64,000 bases of DNA, taken from positions 34,055 through 98,054 of the forward strand of contig JBDRJQ010000028.1 in NCBI GenBank assembly GCA_043814765.1. The letters run 5' to 3'. Under the pieces are notes generated by a model. The model had not been told where the DNA came from. It was given only the letters and a program-made list of their open reading frames with translations, and ran no database searches. The translations under genes were made by a program, and so were the position numbers. Position 1 is the stretch's first letter. Each line of letters begins with the position of its first letter. The DNA is from Nanobdellota archaeon. Lineage in GTDB: Archaea > Aenigmatarchaeota > Aenigmatarchaeia > QMZP01. Shown piece after piece: positions 45,772 through 55,878 of this stretch.

Positions 45772-47694
45772 TTATTCTTCCAAATGCATTTCACCCTGAA
45801 TTATTATGTAGTCGCCTTCCTTTCGTATATCCAGTGTTTGGTCAAAAGATATCCTCAAGTAAGACGGACAGATTTCATAGTAACCGTCGCTTTTTGGTTC
45901 AAATATTGTCTCTCCTTTTTCATTTACGAATTTAATGTATTTGAAATCCTCTTGAGCTTGAGCCGTTTCAAATTCAAAAACTACCCCGTTTATTTCTTCA
46001 AAACCGCCTATAAGCGGCTTATACTTGTATCCTTCCTCGGTTATAGTCCCTACAGCCATAATAAGAGTATTATAATCAACAGCAGGCAGTGAAAAATCCG
46101 TTTCAGGTAATTCGCCTTCTTCAATACTTTTAAAGGTTTCTACAAACTGAGCCAACACGCTACTTAAATCACTGTCTTGTTTAAAATCATCATAAGTTTT
46201 AGACAATTGGATTATATCTTTAGAATCGAATAGTACGGCTTCACTAAAATCATCTTTAATTACTATAAAGTCGATTTTTTTGTTTTCATTTAATTCCAAC
46301 AATTGTCTGAAGAAACTTGCGGTACTTTTCATTTTATTATGGCCTTCTAATCCAACAATCGCTATTTCGTTTTCAGGGAACAAATTAGCTTTGTTTTGCT
46401 CATTAACGGATGTTACTCCAAAAGGAAGATCCACATCAAGCCAAGCATAAACCGCTTTCTCCTCTCCCAATATGGCTGCAACAGAATTTTCAAAAGCCAT
46501 TCTCCCAAATTCTTCTCTTTCTCCCCACTCCTTTGATGCCTTCCACCTTGAAACGTAATCCAATGCAGTGTCTTTGAATTCGTTCTCTTCAGCCAAAGCC
46601 AACAAGGCTTCACTAAACTCATCGGTATATTTGTAGTCAATAAAGGTTCTGGGCACCATTGCAAGGGCAACGCAATCAAGAAACTTTGTTTTGCTCAAAT
46701 CAAAGGCAATTACAGTATCCAATGCAGGGTATTCCTGCAAATCAATTATCCTGTCATCATCACTGTCCAATACCCCAGTTGATGGAATGGGAATCCATTG
46801 CCCATCATGGTAAATTTCAATCCAGTCGTGAGGCTTTATGCCTACTAGGCGTGACTCAATTATTCTTGCTGGAATTCCAGCAGCCCTCAATAAAGCCGTT
46901 ATCAAATAAGTGTGTTCCGCACACATCCCTGTTTTATGCTGCCAAATTAGTTCAACATCGTCATATAGGGACTTGGGCCAACTATATTTAGTGATTCTTT
47001 CCCTTCCTGTGATATACTCCTTTACAAAATCATAAATATTCCCTGCAGTGGTTAAATCATCCTCTCCCTCTAAACTCAATGCCTTTTCCCGCAATGTAGT
47101 GGAAAAAAAGTTAAAGTCGTAATAAGTGTCGGTTCCAGAGTTCCAGGACGCGAAAAAATACAGCACCTCTTTTGGGTAATCCTGCAGGTTTTGCTTCTCT
47201 TTATAGATTTCCAAGAACAGTTTCATAAATTCTATTTCTTCTTCAGAAAAAAACCCTTTCCGGCATTCTGAATAGTCGAATCCTACCATTGGCGCGTATT
47301 TGTACGGCACATACAGATCAATGAAAACCTCCTCGAGCTCAGGATAGTCTTTTATCTCAGGGATATTTTCTTCTAGCACAACTTTTGGTGTTTTTGGACA
47401 ATCCTGCGGACAGGTTAAATATGTCTCTACAATTATATACGTTTCTTCAGTTTCACATATGCCATCTCCACAGCAGGGAATTGTTTGAAAATAATAACAA
47501 CTATTAGCAATACAATTCTTAGCAAAACAGGTCCTATCCGGACAATCTTCTTTAACTTCACATTCCTTTTCTTCTGCAGGCAGAGCCCCCTCTTGGACAG
47601 TTCCTGAATTAGTAAAAATAACTTCCATCGTCGACAATCCGATTAAAATTCCTATTATCAACAATCCGAATAAAATAATGTATCCGGGGTTCAT
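45772..47694 (-). CDS. membrane-anchored transglutaminase-like protein
   Basis: GMCAEH...LLRAAGIPAR, HDWIEIY...W; Cys-rich N-terminal module. Confidence 0.85.
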   Translation of the reverse strand: MNPGYIILFGLLIIGILIGLSTMEVIFTNSGTVQEGALPAEEKECEVKEDCPDRTCFAKNCIANSCYYFQTIPCCGDGICETEETYIIVETYLTCPQDCPKTPKVVLEENIPEIKDYPELEEVFIDLYVPYKYAPMVGFDYSECRKGFFSEEEIEFMKLFLEIYKEKQNLQDYPKEVLYFFASWNSGTDTYYDFNFFSTTLREKALSLEGEDDLTTAGNIYDFVKEYITGRERITKYSWPKSLYDDVELIWQHKTGMCAEHTYLITALLRAAGIPARIIESRLVGIKPHDWIEIYHDGQWIPIPSTGVLDSDDDRIIDLQEYPALDTVIAFDLSKTKFLDCVALAMVPRTFIDYKYTDEFSEALLALAEENEFKDTALDYVSRWKASKEWGEREEFGRMAFENSVAAILGEEKAVYAWLDVDLPFGVTSVNEQNKANLFPENEIAIVGLEGHNKMKSTASFFRQLLELNENKKIDFIVIKDDFSEAVLFDSKDIIQLSKTYDDFKQDSDLSSVLAQFVETFKSIEEGELPETDFSLPAVDYNTLIMAVGTITEEGYKYKPLIGGFEEINGVVFEFETAQAQEDFKYIKFVNEKGETIFEPKSDGYYEICPSYLRISFDQTLDIRKEGDYIIIQGEMHLEE

Positions 47695-47716
47695 GTTTTA
47701 TATTGGGTTTGGGGTA

Positions 47717-48748
47717 CTATAAAAGCTCTGTAAACCATCTCCTGATCACTTCTTCTGTTTTTGAGGACTCTTCAGGACCATGCAATCCTGGTATATCTTC
47801 TCCAAGAAAACTTAATTCAAGAAAATCTAAAACAAAAAACCCAGCAACCGTGTCCTTTCCTTTTTCAAGGACTATTTCATGGGCTCTTGCATCTAATTCT
47901 TCACTCCATCCCAATTCCCTCAGCGATGTACCATAAAATTCAGTAATAATGACTCCTTTACAATTGTCTCTTTCTGCAAAACCGAGAAATGTGCTCAATG
48001 TATAGTCAATAAATGGAGAAAACTCTTCTAGCGTCGTACCAAGACCTCGGCTGATAGTAACTCCAATGTAATCGTATCCCGAATAGTTCGTCGGGGCGGG
48101 TTCCGTCATAGGATAGGGTTGTATACCGCCGATAGACCCCCCTTTCCAAATAACCTCACCATGATAAACCTCTTTTATTCTGGGGAGGATCTCTTGCCCC
48201 CAAGTTGCAGATGCAGACGGGCCAAACAACACTTCTGGTTCATTCATGGGGGCGAAGAATTCAACATCATATTCTTCTGCTAATCTGGCATATTCAATAA
48301 CCTTGGAATTCCAAGCCTCTAAATCTATCCAATCCTCTAAACCCATCCCACCTGAGCACTTTGCCATGGTTAATGCAACTCTCAAACCATTTCTGTGAGC
48401 AGCTTGGATGTTGGCAATCATAAGCTCTTCTTGAATCGGAATAATTTTTTTCATTTTTTTAACCAATTCAGAATCGGAAGGAAGCCCTTCAAGGCAGTGC
48501 TCAACCTGAGGGGGAGCACCCTGAAAGAAAACCGTATTCATCCCAATATCCTTCAACTTCTGCATATCAGAAGCCAGCTTATACGGATCATCACTTAATA
48601 GCGTGGGCGTCCAAGTGCCTTTGTAAACATCAACCTCAGCGGGTATTTTTATCTGCGAGTCCTGAACGCAACCACTGATAAAAACAATTCCCACTACCAG
48701 CAATAAAATCCCCAAAATTAGTTTTTTATTTTTCATCATATTCATCAC
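47717..48748 (-). CDS. lipoprotein glycoside hydrolase, clan GH-A (GH5/GH113-like)
   Basis: FISGC lipobox; NEP acid/base, DYIG, ITEF nucleophile. Confidence 0.7.
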   Translation of the reverse strand: MMNMMKNKKLILGILLLVVGIVFISGCVQDSQIKIPAEVDVYKGTWTPTLLSDDPYKLASDMQKLKDIGMNTVFFQGAPPQVEHCLEGLPSDSELVKKMKKIIPIQEELMIANIQAAHRNGLRVALTMAKCSGGMGLEDWIDLEAWNSKVIEYARLAEEYDVEFFAPMNEPEVLFGPSASATWGQEILPRIKEVYHGEVIWKGGSIGGIQPYPMTEPAPTNYSGYDYIGVTISRGLGTTLEEFSPFIDYTLSTFLGFAERDNCKGVIITEFYGTSLRELGWSEELDARAHEIVLEKGKDTVAGFFVLDFLELSFLGEDIPGLHGPEESSKTEEVIRRWFTELL

Positions 48749-48759
48749 ATTTGGGGGTC

Positions 48760-50859
48760 TTACTCCACAACGATTTGTTCAGTAGTCATATCACCTTTAA
48801 TAACCACTATATCATCTTCTCTGTAGATCTCCAGCGTTTGATCTGGGGTAATAAAACCATATGGAGCATCATCTAAGTTGTATGGGGGTCCTATAACAAC
48901 TGTTGGATCCGGCCGCGGGTTTCTATATATTTCCGGGTCTGCGTAAACTTCGCCTTCTTCATTTATGAGTTTAAGATTATCAAAGTGGCTCCAGTTCATA
49001 TACTTGAGCGCATCAGGGTCATAAACATCAATATTTATCATTATTGTTGTTTGGTCTGCACTAAATATAATCATAATATCTTTAACTATAACCATGCTTT
49101 GTATGTCAAATTTTATGTTGAATGCTGTGTTTTCCCTATCGAAACCACCACCAATGACAATTGAATACTCTGCTCCCTCTTGAATATATTCAGGCAAATG
49201 GAAGGTTGTGTAATTTTTTTCTTTGCTTACCACGCTAACGATTTCAATTACAAAATCCTTTATGAGTTCAGGCGTTCCCGTAACCAAGTCTTGGTATGCC
49301 GTTTCAAGGGCACCTACGTCTTCCGGGTCAAATAAATTAATAGCAACTGCATCACTCAGGGAACCGCAACCAGCTTCATAATGAGCGAAAAAGGAGTATA
49401 TTTCCCCCTGGAAAAGTTGTTTAATCTCTGGTATAAGCGTGCTGATCTTTTCAAGTGGGAACTCTCCTGCACCAGACGACATGTATTGGATTCCGCCGTG
49501 TGATGTAATGTCATAAATTGAAATTGCTTTTGCTTTATCGAGTTCGCTAAGAAAAGCTTCCTCTGTTTTTAACTTATTCCAATCCCATAAATCCAATACT
49601 TTGATGTCTTTTGATTCATACCCTTCCTGTTTCGCTATAATTTCACTAATGCATGTCTCCATGATATCCTGCGCATAGGCATATTTGTTAACAAGGTCAC
49701 TCTCTTTTTTGTATTGGGCAAAAAGCTCTTCTGCTTGTCCAGTAGCACTGGTTTCACCGACCGCTTCTTTTGTGTGCTCTATAATCAAATCTAATATATC
49801 CGTGTTGTAAGACAGGGAAACATCCATCAATGTATCACTAAGCGGGTCATAAGCGTATACGGAATACAACCACTGTTTTTCTTCAGGGTATAATTCCATC
49901 ACTCCGGTTGAATCCACCATGATCCATTCCCCATTTACATAAGCTTCTGTCCAGGCATGTCCTTCTGGTGGCGAAGCAAAACGACCTTCCACCTCTCTTG
50001 CCGGTATCCCAGATGCCCTACAGAAAGCAGTAATTAAAGTAGCCCAATAGTCACAATGTGCCCAAACTTCTCTGTTTTCTAATATTGCTTTTGGTGTGTC
50101 ACCTTCTAGTTCGTAAGCAGCAGTCCAAGTGACATTGATATTTCCCCTAACCCATGAAACAATTTTCTCAATCGATTCCATCTCCCCGGAACTTCCCTCT
50201 GTTATATCATTAGCCAGAGGGATAAGCTCTTCTACAAAGTACTCCATATCCATGGCACGACTCTTGCCGAAAAATATATCTGGTTCGATTATATTGGTCA
50301 CCAGATAAGCTAAAACTTCTTCATCAGCCTGATGCAGACTGGTTTTCAATTTGAAAATATCAAAAAGTGATTTCATATATTTCATTTCCGAATCACTAAA
50401 TTCAACATCAGCATACAAATCGATGAAAACCTGCTCAAGTTTTGGGTATTCTTTTATCTCAGGAATATTTTCCTCTAATGCGTCTTTGGGGTTTGGACAA
50501 TCCTGCGAACAGGTTAAATGTGTTTCTCCGATAAATTCAATAGCTGTAGTACCGTTAATAAGCACTATTATAGTATCGTTAAAAATAAATACATGAGTAT
50601 CGGTTTCGCATTCTTCAGTTCGACAGCTTAAGTATCTTTCTTCGGTTTCGCATTCTCCATTTCCGCAGCAGGGAATTTTTTCACAGCAGGGAATCATTTG
50701 AGAATAAGAACAACTATTATCAATACAATCCTTCATAAAACAAGTCCTATCCGGGCAATCTTCTTTGAATCTGCATGCATCCTTTTGAGCATCCCAAACA
50801 AAGAAACTAATCAAAACAAGAATAATTAATCCGAACAAAATGAAGTATTTAACCTTCAT
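48760..50859 (-). CDS. membrane-anchored transglutaminase-like protein
   Basis: HCDYWA...CRASGIPAR, HAWTE, W.MVDST (complete Cys-His-Asp triad). Confidence 0.88.
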   Translation of the reverse strand: MKVKYFILFGLIILVLISFFVWDAQKDACRFKEDCPDRTCFMKDCIDNSCSYSQMIPCCEKIPCCGNGECETEERYLSCRTEECETDTHVFIFNDTIIVLINGTTAIEFIGETHLTCSQDCPNPKDALEENIPEIKEYPKLEQVFIDLYADVEFSDSEMKYMKSLFDIFKLKTSLHQADEEVLAYLVTNIIEPDIFFGKSRAMDMEYFVEELIPLANDITEGSSGEMESIEKIVSWVRGNINVTWTAAYELEGDTPKAILENREVWAHCDYWATLITAFCRASGIPAREVEGRFASPPEGHAWTEAYVNGEWIMVDSTGVMELYPEEKQWLYSVYAYDPLSDTLMDVSLSYNTDILDLIIEHTKEAVGETSATGQAEELFAQYKKESDLVNKYAYAQDIMETCISEIIAKQEGYESKDIKVLDLWDWNKLKTEEAFLSELDKAKAISIYDITSHGGIQYMSSGAGEFPLEKISTLIPEIKQLFQGEIYSFFAHYEAGCGSLSDAVAINLFDPEDVGALETAYQDLVTGTPELIKDFVIEIVSVVSKEKNYTTFHLPEYIQEGAEYSIVIGGGFDRENTAFNIKFDIQSMVIVKDIMIIFSADQTTIMINIDVYDPDALKYMNWSHFDNLKLINEEGEVYADPEIYRNPRPDPTVVIGPPYNLDDAPYGFITPDQTLEIYREDDIVVIKGDMTTEQIVVE

Positions 50860-50958
50860 GTTTTATATTAGGAGTGGGGGGGTTATTAAAATTCTTGTTG
50901 AGATGGGTAAGAATTTTCAGTTTGATGGGTTTAATGAAATAAGATTGATGGAAGGATA

Positions 50959-51750
50959 TTATTTTGTTGCCTTATCTATAAGTTTGAACCTATTTTTGCG
51001 CTTTCCGTTTTTAGACTTTTTCTTTCTGAACATTCTTGCGATTTTCGGTCCCTCTATCACTATCCCTGACAAAATGAATCCCGTAATGAATATTCCAATG
51101 GATAGATAGCTGATGACTGCGCTGTCTTCTTCCCCTTTAACCTCGAACAGGCTTTCAGACTCTGCTTCCTTGTTTTCGCCGTAGGATATCTTAGCGCGTA
51201 CAGTATAGACGCCTGCCTCTATGCCATCAGGCAGGTCAAACTCCTTTATTATGTTGGTCTGGGTTTCCACTGCGACAGTCTCCCTATCTGTCAGTATAAT
51301 CCTGTCATTCACGTCGGTTATTCTGTACTGCATCAGGACGTCAATCCTGCCAGGCTCTCCGAAGTTTACAAGACTTACAGACAATAAAAAATTATCTCCC
51401 ATTTTTATCTCATTGTAACCTTCAGGTATGCTCAGCAGGACGTCAAAAAGCGGCCCGGTTGATTCTGGTTGCTCAGGCTCTTCAGGAACAGGTGATATGT
51501 ATTCGCATTCCTGGGTCTCAGAAGGCTTGAACTTCTCCTCACTGCATGTTCCGCTGTATGTGCATTCTATGGCCTGCATGCCGTCAGGCTGGCATTCGCC
51601 CCACTTCGTGCAGCTCCATGCGTGATAGCAGTCCTCTTCCTGAGCAGAAGCGCTGTGGAAGAGAAGCGGAAGGGTTAAAATTCCTGCGATGATTATTACT
51701 GCTGGCACAGCAGCAAGATTCATTCCAAAAACGAAACTCCGGTTTGCCAT
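50959..51750 (-). CDS. secreted, C-terminally anchored protein with Cys-rich and Ig-like domains
   Basis: Signal peptide, WSCTKWGEC module, GVYTV Ig strand, C-terminal TM and basic tail. Confidence 0.7.
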   Translation of the reverse strand: MANRSFVFGMNLAAVPAVIIIAGILTLPLLFHSASAQEEDCYHAWSCTKWGECQPDGMQAIECTYSGTCSEEKFKPSETQECEYISPVPEEPEQPESTGPLFDVLLSIPEGYNEIKMGDNFLLSVSLVNFGEPGRIDVLMQYRITDVNDRIILTDRETVAVETQTNIIKEFDLPDGIEAGVYTVRAKISYGENKEAESESLFEVKGEEDSAVISYLSIGIFITGFILSGIVIEGPKIARMFRKKKSKNGKRKNRFKLIDKATK

Positions 51751-51859
51751 TGATTAATTATTCGTTGAGCTGTTATAATAATTAAGAGCTGCTTCCTTAT
51801 CTGATAAGACGCCATTAAGCAAGAGTAATAAATATCTCCGACACTATAATAATTTATAT

Positions 51860-54184
51860 ATGGGTTTTACTATCGCGAATAAGAAAATCACAATAAGTAT
51901 TTCAGTAACATTTGTCTTGTTCTTTTTAACAGTGACGCTGGTCCAATCAGCGGACAGCAGGTGGACCTCAGAGCTGCTTACTGTGTGGGATGAAAGCAAC
52001 AATGCATTCAATGTTACAGATATACGTGACAGTTCAAACCTGCCTCCTGATTTTTCCGGAGGAACCGCGACAAAATTCTCTGTGAAAATCGATGTGACAG
52101 CTAGCAATAAAGTCGATCCAGGGGATGGGATACAATGCAGTCATTGTGAAGCTTATGACTGTGCTGATATGGTTATTATTGGCACGCTCGATAATCCCGT
52201 AATTGGTTTGTACTACCTGAACTCCACTGACCCGGCTCTTCTGGCGCGGATAGAAGGTGATGGTGTTGACATTGAGTGGCTTAACTGCTCAAAAGTTGGG
52301 GATATACCTGTTAACGAACAACTAATAGCCAATATCTATGTTGATTTCAATTACTCGGCAGCAGTAGACGAAACAGATCCCTACTGGAACTGGGCGTACG
52401 ACAACATAACAGGCAGCACAATTTTGAGCGGCAACTCGTTTGTGGCCGGCACTGAATGGGCTGATGCGGGCGATGGTTTGGATGTTGCATGGTTCAGGAC
52501 CAATGCCACAGGAAGCTGGCTAAACACGACATACCAGGAAATGGGATCAGCAGCCACTTACATATTCAACACTACACTGACTACAAACGGAAACGACTAT
52601 GGGGGAGACACTATATGCTGGACACAGATAGCGAATGACACCGCGGCTGCGAACAACTGGAATGATACAATGCTTGAAACCGAAAACTGCATAGATGTTT
52701 TGTACAATTTTGTGCCGTCCATAAGCATCAATGATTCAACAATCAATACCGGTGATGCTGCCATTGTTACAGCTACCTGTGGCAATCCTGGAGAAGATAT
52801 ATTATTAGAAACCTATATTACAATATTAGACAACCAGACTGGTTCTGATATAGTTACTCCAGTCACAAAGGGCTCTAACAAAATCTATGCAAACGATAGC
52901 ACTTATTATTTGGGTACATGGTCATCAGCTTCAGTTATAAGAGACTTTAAAATAATGGCTGTGAATAAGGGCTCATATAATATAACAATCCGCTGCAACT
53001 CCAGTGAGGTCACTGAGAGCGTTTCCACCAAACTGGAGATAGCAGACACTGACGCACCGACTGTAACCAACGCGCGCTACAATGATTTAGATTCTCTGAT
53101 AGAAGTCTTTAGTGAAATAAAGGTAAATGCTACTGTCATAGAGGTTGGAGGAGGAACTATAAGCACGGTTCTCATACAAATGACAAAGCCCGACGGAAGC
53201 ATACAAAATTATACAACATCTTCAAGCGGTTCAGAATATTTTAATACCAGCATAAACTTGACCGTAATAGGAAATTATTCCTTCTTGTTTTATGCCAACG
53301 ATACCGCAAACAACATAAATTTCACTGTGAACGCCAGCAAGGAAGGAGGCGGCGCAACAACATCGCTTACCTCCAGAGATACTACAGACCCTACTGGAGA
53401 CCTAGGTAGTTGGGACGATACAGATACGACTACAGGTTCTACTGTTTGCATAAATGTCACTGGCGTTGCAGACAATTACGCCATAGATACTGTTAATGTG
53501 ACTATCATGTATCCGAATGAGACTGTGGTGGCTGTTTATCTGGATGATGACACATCAAGTTGCAGCGGCAGCGCTGGTGATGGAGATTGGGGCATCGACG
53601 TGAATGTTGGTTCTACTGTTGGAACTTTATGGGCAAATGTTAGTGCTGTTAATGACACATCAGGCAACGTGTTTACTTCAATTCCCACACCTGGTGAAGA
53701 GCCTAAAGTGACAGTTGTTACAGGTGCTGTGGATACGAGCTTCAGGATAACAATGCCTGGTTCCAATGTCAAGCACATCAATTCGACAGATCCCATGCTG
53801 CCAAACGCTACACTCAGCATGAACTTTACAATGAGCTCAACAGGCACAGCCGGCACCCAGGCAAACGTTGCGCCATGTGTTGGCGCGACAAGCGATTGCC
53901 AATCAGATGGAACAGCGTTCTTCGTATTCGAAAATGTTGGCGGCGTAACCATTAACATAACAATGCAATTAAACGTAACTATGCCATCTAATATCGCACT
54001 GGTTTGCGACAAGGACAATAGCCCGGCCGGAGCTACAGCAATTACTACAGAGAATTATAACGTATCGAATGACCTTGAAACCAGCTCTGCAATAAGCATC
54101 TGGTGCTGGGCATCGTTCACAAACACGCGAACTACTGACATAACAGAAAGGAAGTTAATACACAACGCAACAGAATCAGCCTAA
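51860..54184 (+). CDS. large secreted glycoprotein with Ig-like repeats
   Basis: Signal peptide; very dense N-x-S/T sequons; YANDT..N, DTDAPT linkers. Confidence 0.8.
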   Translation: MGFTIANKKITISISVTFVLFFLTVTLVQSADSRWTSELLTVWDESNNAFNVTDIRDSSNLPPDFSGGTATKFSVKIDVTASNKVDPGDGIQCSHCEAYDCADMVIIGTLDNPVIGLYYLNSTDPALLARIEGDGVDIEWLNCSKVGDIPVNEQLIANIYVDFNYSAAVDETDPYWNWAYDNITGSTILSGNSFVAGTEWADAGDGLDVAWFRTNATGSWLNTTYQEMGSAATYIFNTTLTTNGNDYGGDTICWTQIANDTAAANNWNDTMLETENCIDVLYNFVPSISINDSTINTGDAAIVTATCGNPGEDILLETYITILDNQTGSDIVTPVTKGSNKIYANDSTYYLGTWSSASVIRDFKIMAVNKGSYNITIRCNSSEVTESVSTKLEIADTDAPTVTNARYNDLDSLIEVFSEIKVNATVIEVGGGTISTVLIQMTKPDGSIQNYTTSSSGSEYFNTSINLTVIGNYSFLFYANDTANNINFTVNASKEGGGATTSLTSRDTTDPTGDLGSWDDTDTTTGSTVCINVTGVADNYAIDTVNVTIMYPNETVVAVYLDDDTSSCSGSAGDGDWGIDVNVGSTVGTLWANVSAVNDTSGNVFTSIPTPGEEPKVTVVTGAVDTSFRITMPGSNVKHINSTDPMLPNATLSMNFTMSSTGTAGTQANVAPCVGATSDCQSDGTAFFVFENVGGVTINITMQLNVTMPSNIALVCDKDNSPAGATAITTENYNVSNDLETSSAISIWCWASFTNTRTTDITERKLIHNATESA

Positions 54185-54249
54185 TTATGAAAATTTCTAA
54201 ATAGATAACTTTTATAAGTGTGCTTAACGATATTATAATACAGAGTAAA

Positions 54250-54867
54250 ATGTCTGATAGAAAAATTTTAATAATGTGTTTAACTTTTGCGTTATTTTCA
54301 AGCTTTTTGATATCGCAGACTGCACAGGCAGCTAATTATGGTTATACCACCGCATACTTTTATATTCCAACTGACACCAGCTTTAGCGTAACTATTTTAG
54401 GTCAGAGTGATACTAACATAACATCTGAACAATCAGGTACCCCGAATCAGACGAGTTCTTGGATAGCGTTCAACGCCACCACTTTAACTCAAGACGATGT
54501 TAATGCACAAGCAAAACCAGGAGATGACAGCAACCTGCAAACAGGTCTTGGCAAGCCTATATTTGTCTTCGCCAACACAGGAACTATAGGCATCAACATA
54601 AGCCTGTCTTGGTCAGGATCTGGAAATGCAGGTCCCGATAGCTGTGTAACTGTCAGGATGAATTCGACATGTTTCCCTTCTGGCGGCTGCGTAGGAGCTT
54701 ATGAGCTTGAGCAAGAAGAACAAATCAGTACAACAGCAAAAGTTATGGTAGCCAATCTGAGTGTAGGAAGTAAACTGAACGCGACTTTAATAGCAAACCT
54801 TAGTAGCTGTGAATTAGGAACATTTGACAGTATTGCTGACCTAAGCTATGAGTCTGGTCAAGAATAG
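54250..54867 (+). CDS. secreted glycoprotein, homologous to the C-terminal domain of 51860..54184
   Basis: DTSFSVT...FVFANTG.IGINISL vs DTSFRIT...FVFENVG..TINITM; ATG start taken at 54250. Confidence 0.7.
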   Translation: MSDRKILIMCLTFALFSSFLISQTAQAANYGYTTAYFYIPTDTSFSVTILGQSDTNITSEQSGTPNQTSSWIAFNATTLTQDDVNAQAKPGDDSNLQTGLGKPIFVFANTGTIGINISLSWSGSGNAGPDSCVTVRMNSTCFPSGGCVGAYELEQEEQISTTAKVMVANLSVGSKLNATLIANLSSCELGTFDSIADLSYESGQE

Positions 54868-54926
54868 AATAAAAATATACAACAAATCTTTTTAAGATAT
54901 TGATACAACTATAATAAAGTGTTCAT

Positions 54927-55838
54927 ATGGAAAGAAAAAATAAAAGAAAACAAAATTTCAGCGAGAAAATTGAAAAAAAACATGTTTATGCCGGCGTTTT
55001 GATTCTGATTGTTGCGGCCGCTTTTGTGGTATTCGGCTCCTCCACGGGTTTCATGATCCTTGGCTTTCAGCCAAGCACTTCCGTATATATTTCACAGGAA
55101 CAGGAACAGCTCTATAGGACATACTTTGATACAGACAGGCCCCTGCACTGTCAGGAAGGAAGGTGCATAAACCCGCTAGTGTATGAAGATCTGCCTGAAT
55201 GGCCAGATGATGCAGAGTTCGAAGCAATAACAATCCTGGTAAAGGACAGTAAAATAAACCCAGCGGATATAGAAGAAGAATTTTACAAACAGCCTGAGTT
55301 TTTCCCTTCCCATATAAAAGGCATATCTTATGAAGCGTACCTGTATCCTGGAGGCAGGCCGTCAATATGCTGCGAAGGCGCCTACCCAGGAAAAGTTATT
55401 ATATCGCATGCAAGCCGTGGTGACTCGTTTGAATCAGTTACTTTCTTCTTATCACCGCCAGGAAGCCCATACTTTAGGGGGGCGCAATTCATTCCTGTCT
55501 TTCCTCAAACATTTGGCGCCCAAGGAAAATTCTACACGCAGAACGCAGAAGAGGTCAAGAAATATTTTGATATAGAAATAACACCGAACATCTTCAAGTT
55601 CGAACCAACCTATCCAAAATATCGGTATGACTGGAATGCAAGAGTGAAAGTAAATGTTAAAATAGACGAAAATACACCGCAAGGGTATTATGCAATCGGC
55701 ATAACAACTATAGCACCGCCGGAAGAGATTAACTATAAATGGCAATTAGAACATAAAATGGCTTACACCCCAACACTCACAGGTGGCATGTTTAGCACAG
55801 GAAATCCTCCTTACACAATAGTGCTGAATGTTGTTTAA
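54927..55838 (+). CDS. membrane-anchored hypothetical protein
   Basis: N-terminal TM followed by STGF motif; Pro/Tyr-rich ectodomain. Confidence 0.75.
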   Translation: MERKNKRKQNFSEKIEKKHVYAGVLILIVAAAFVVFGSSTGFMILGFQPSTSVYISQEQEQLYRTYFDTDRPLHCQEGRCINPLVYEDLPEWPDDAEFEAITILVKDSKINPADIEEEFYKQPEFFPSHIKGISYEAYLYPGGRPSICCEGAYPGKVIISHASRGDSFESVTFFLSPPGSPYFRGAQFIPVFPQTFGAQGKFYTQNAEEVKKYFDIEITPNIFKFEPTYPKYRYDWNARVKVNVKIDENTPQGYYAIGITTIAPPEEINYKWQLEHKMAYTPTLTGGMFSTGNPPYTIVLNVV

Positions 55839-55878
55839 TTTCGAATAATTCTTATAGCAGAAAACTAATAATAAATAT

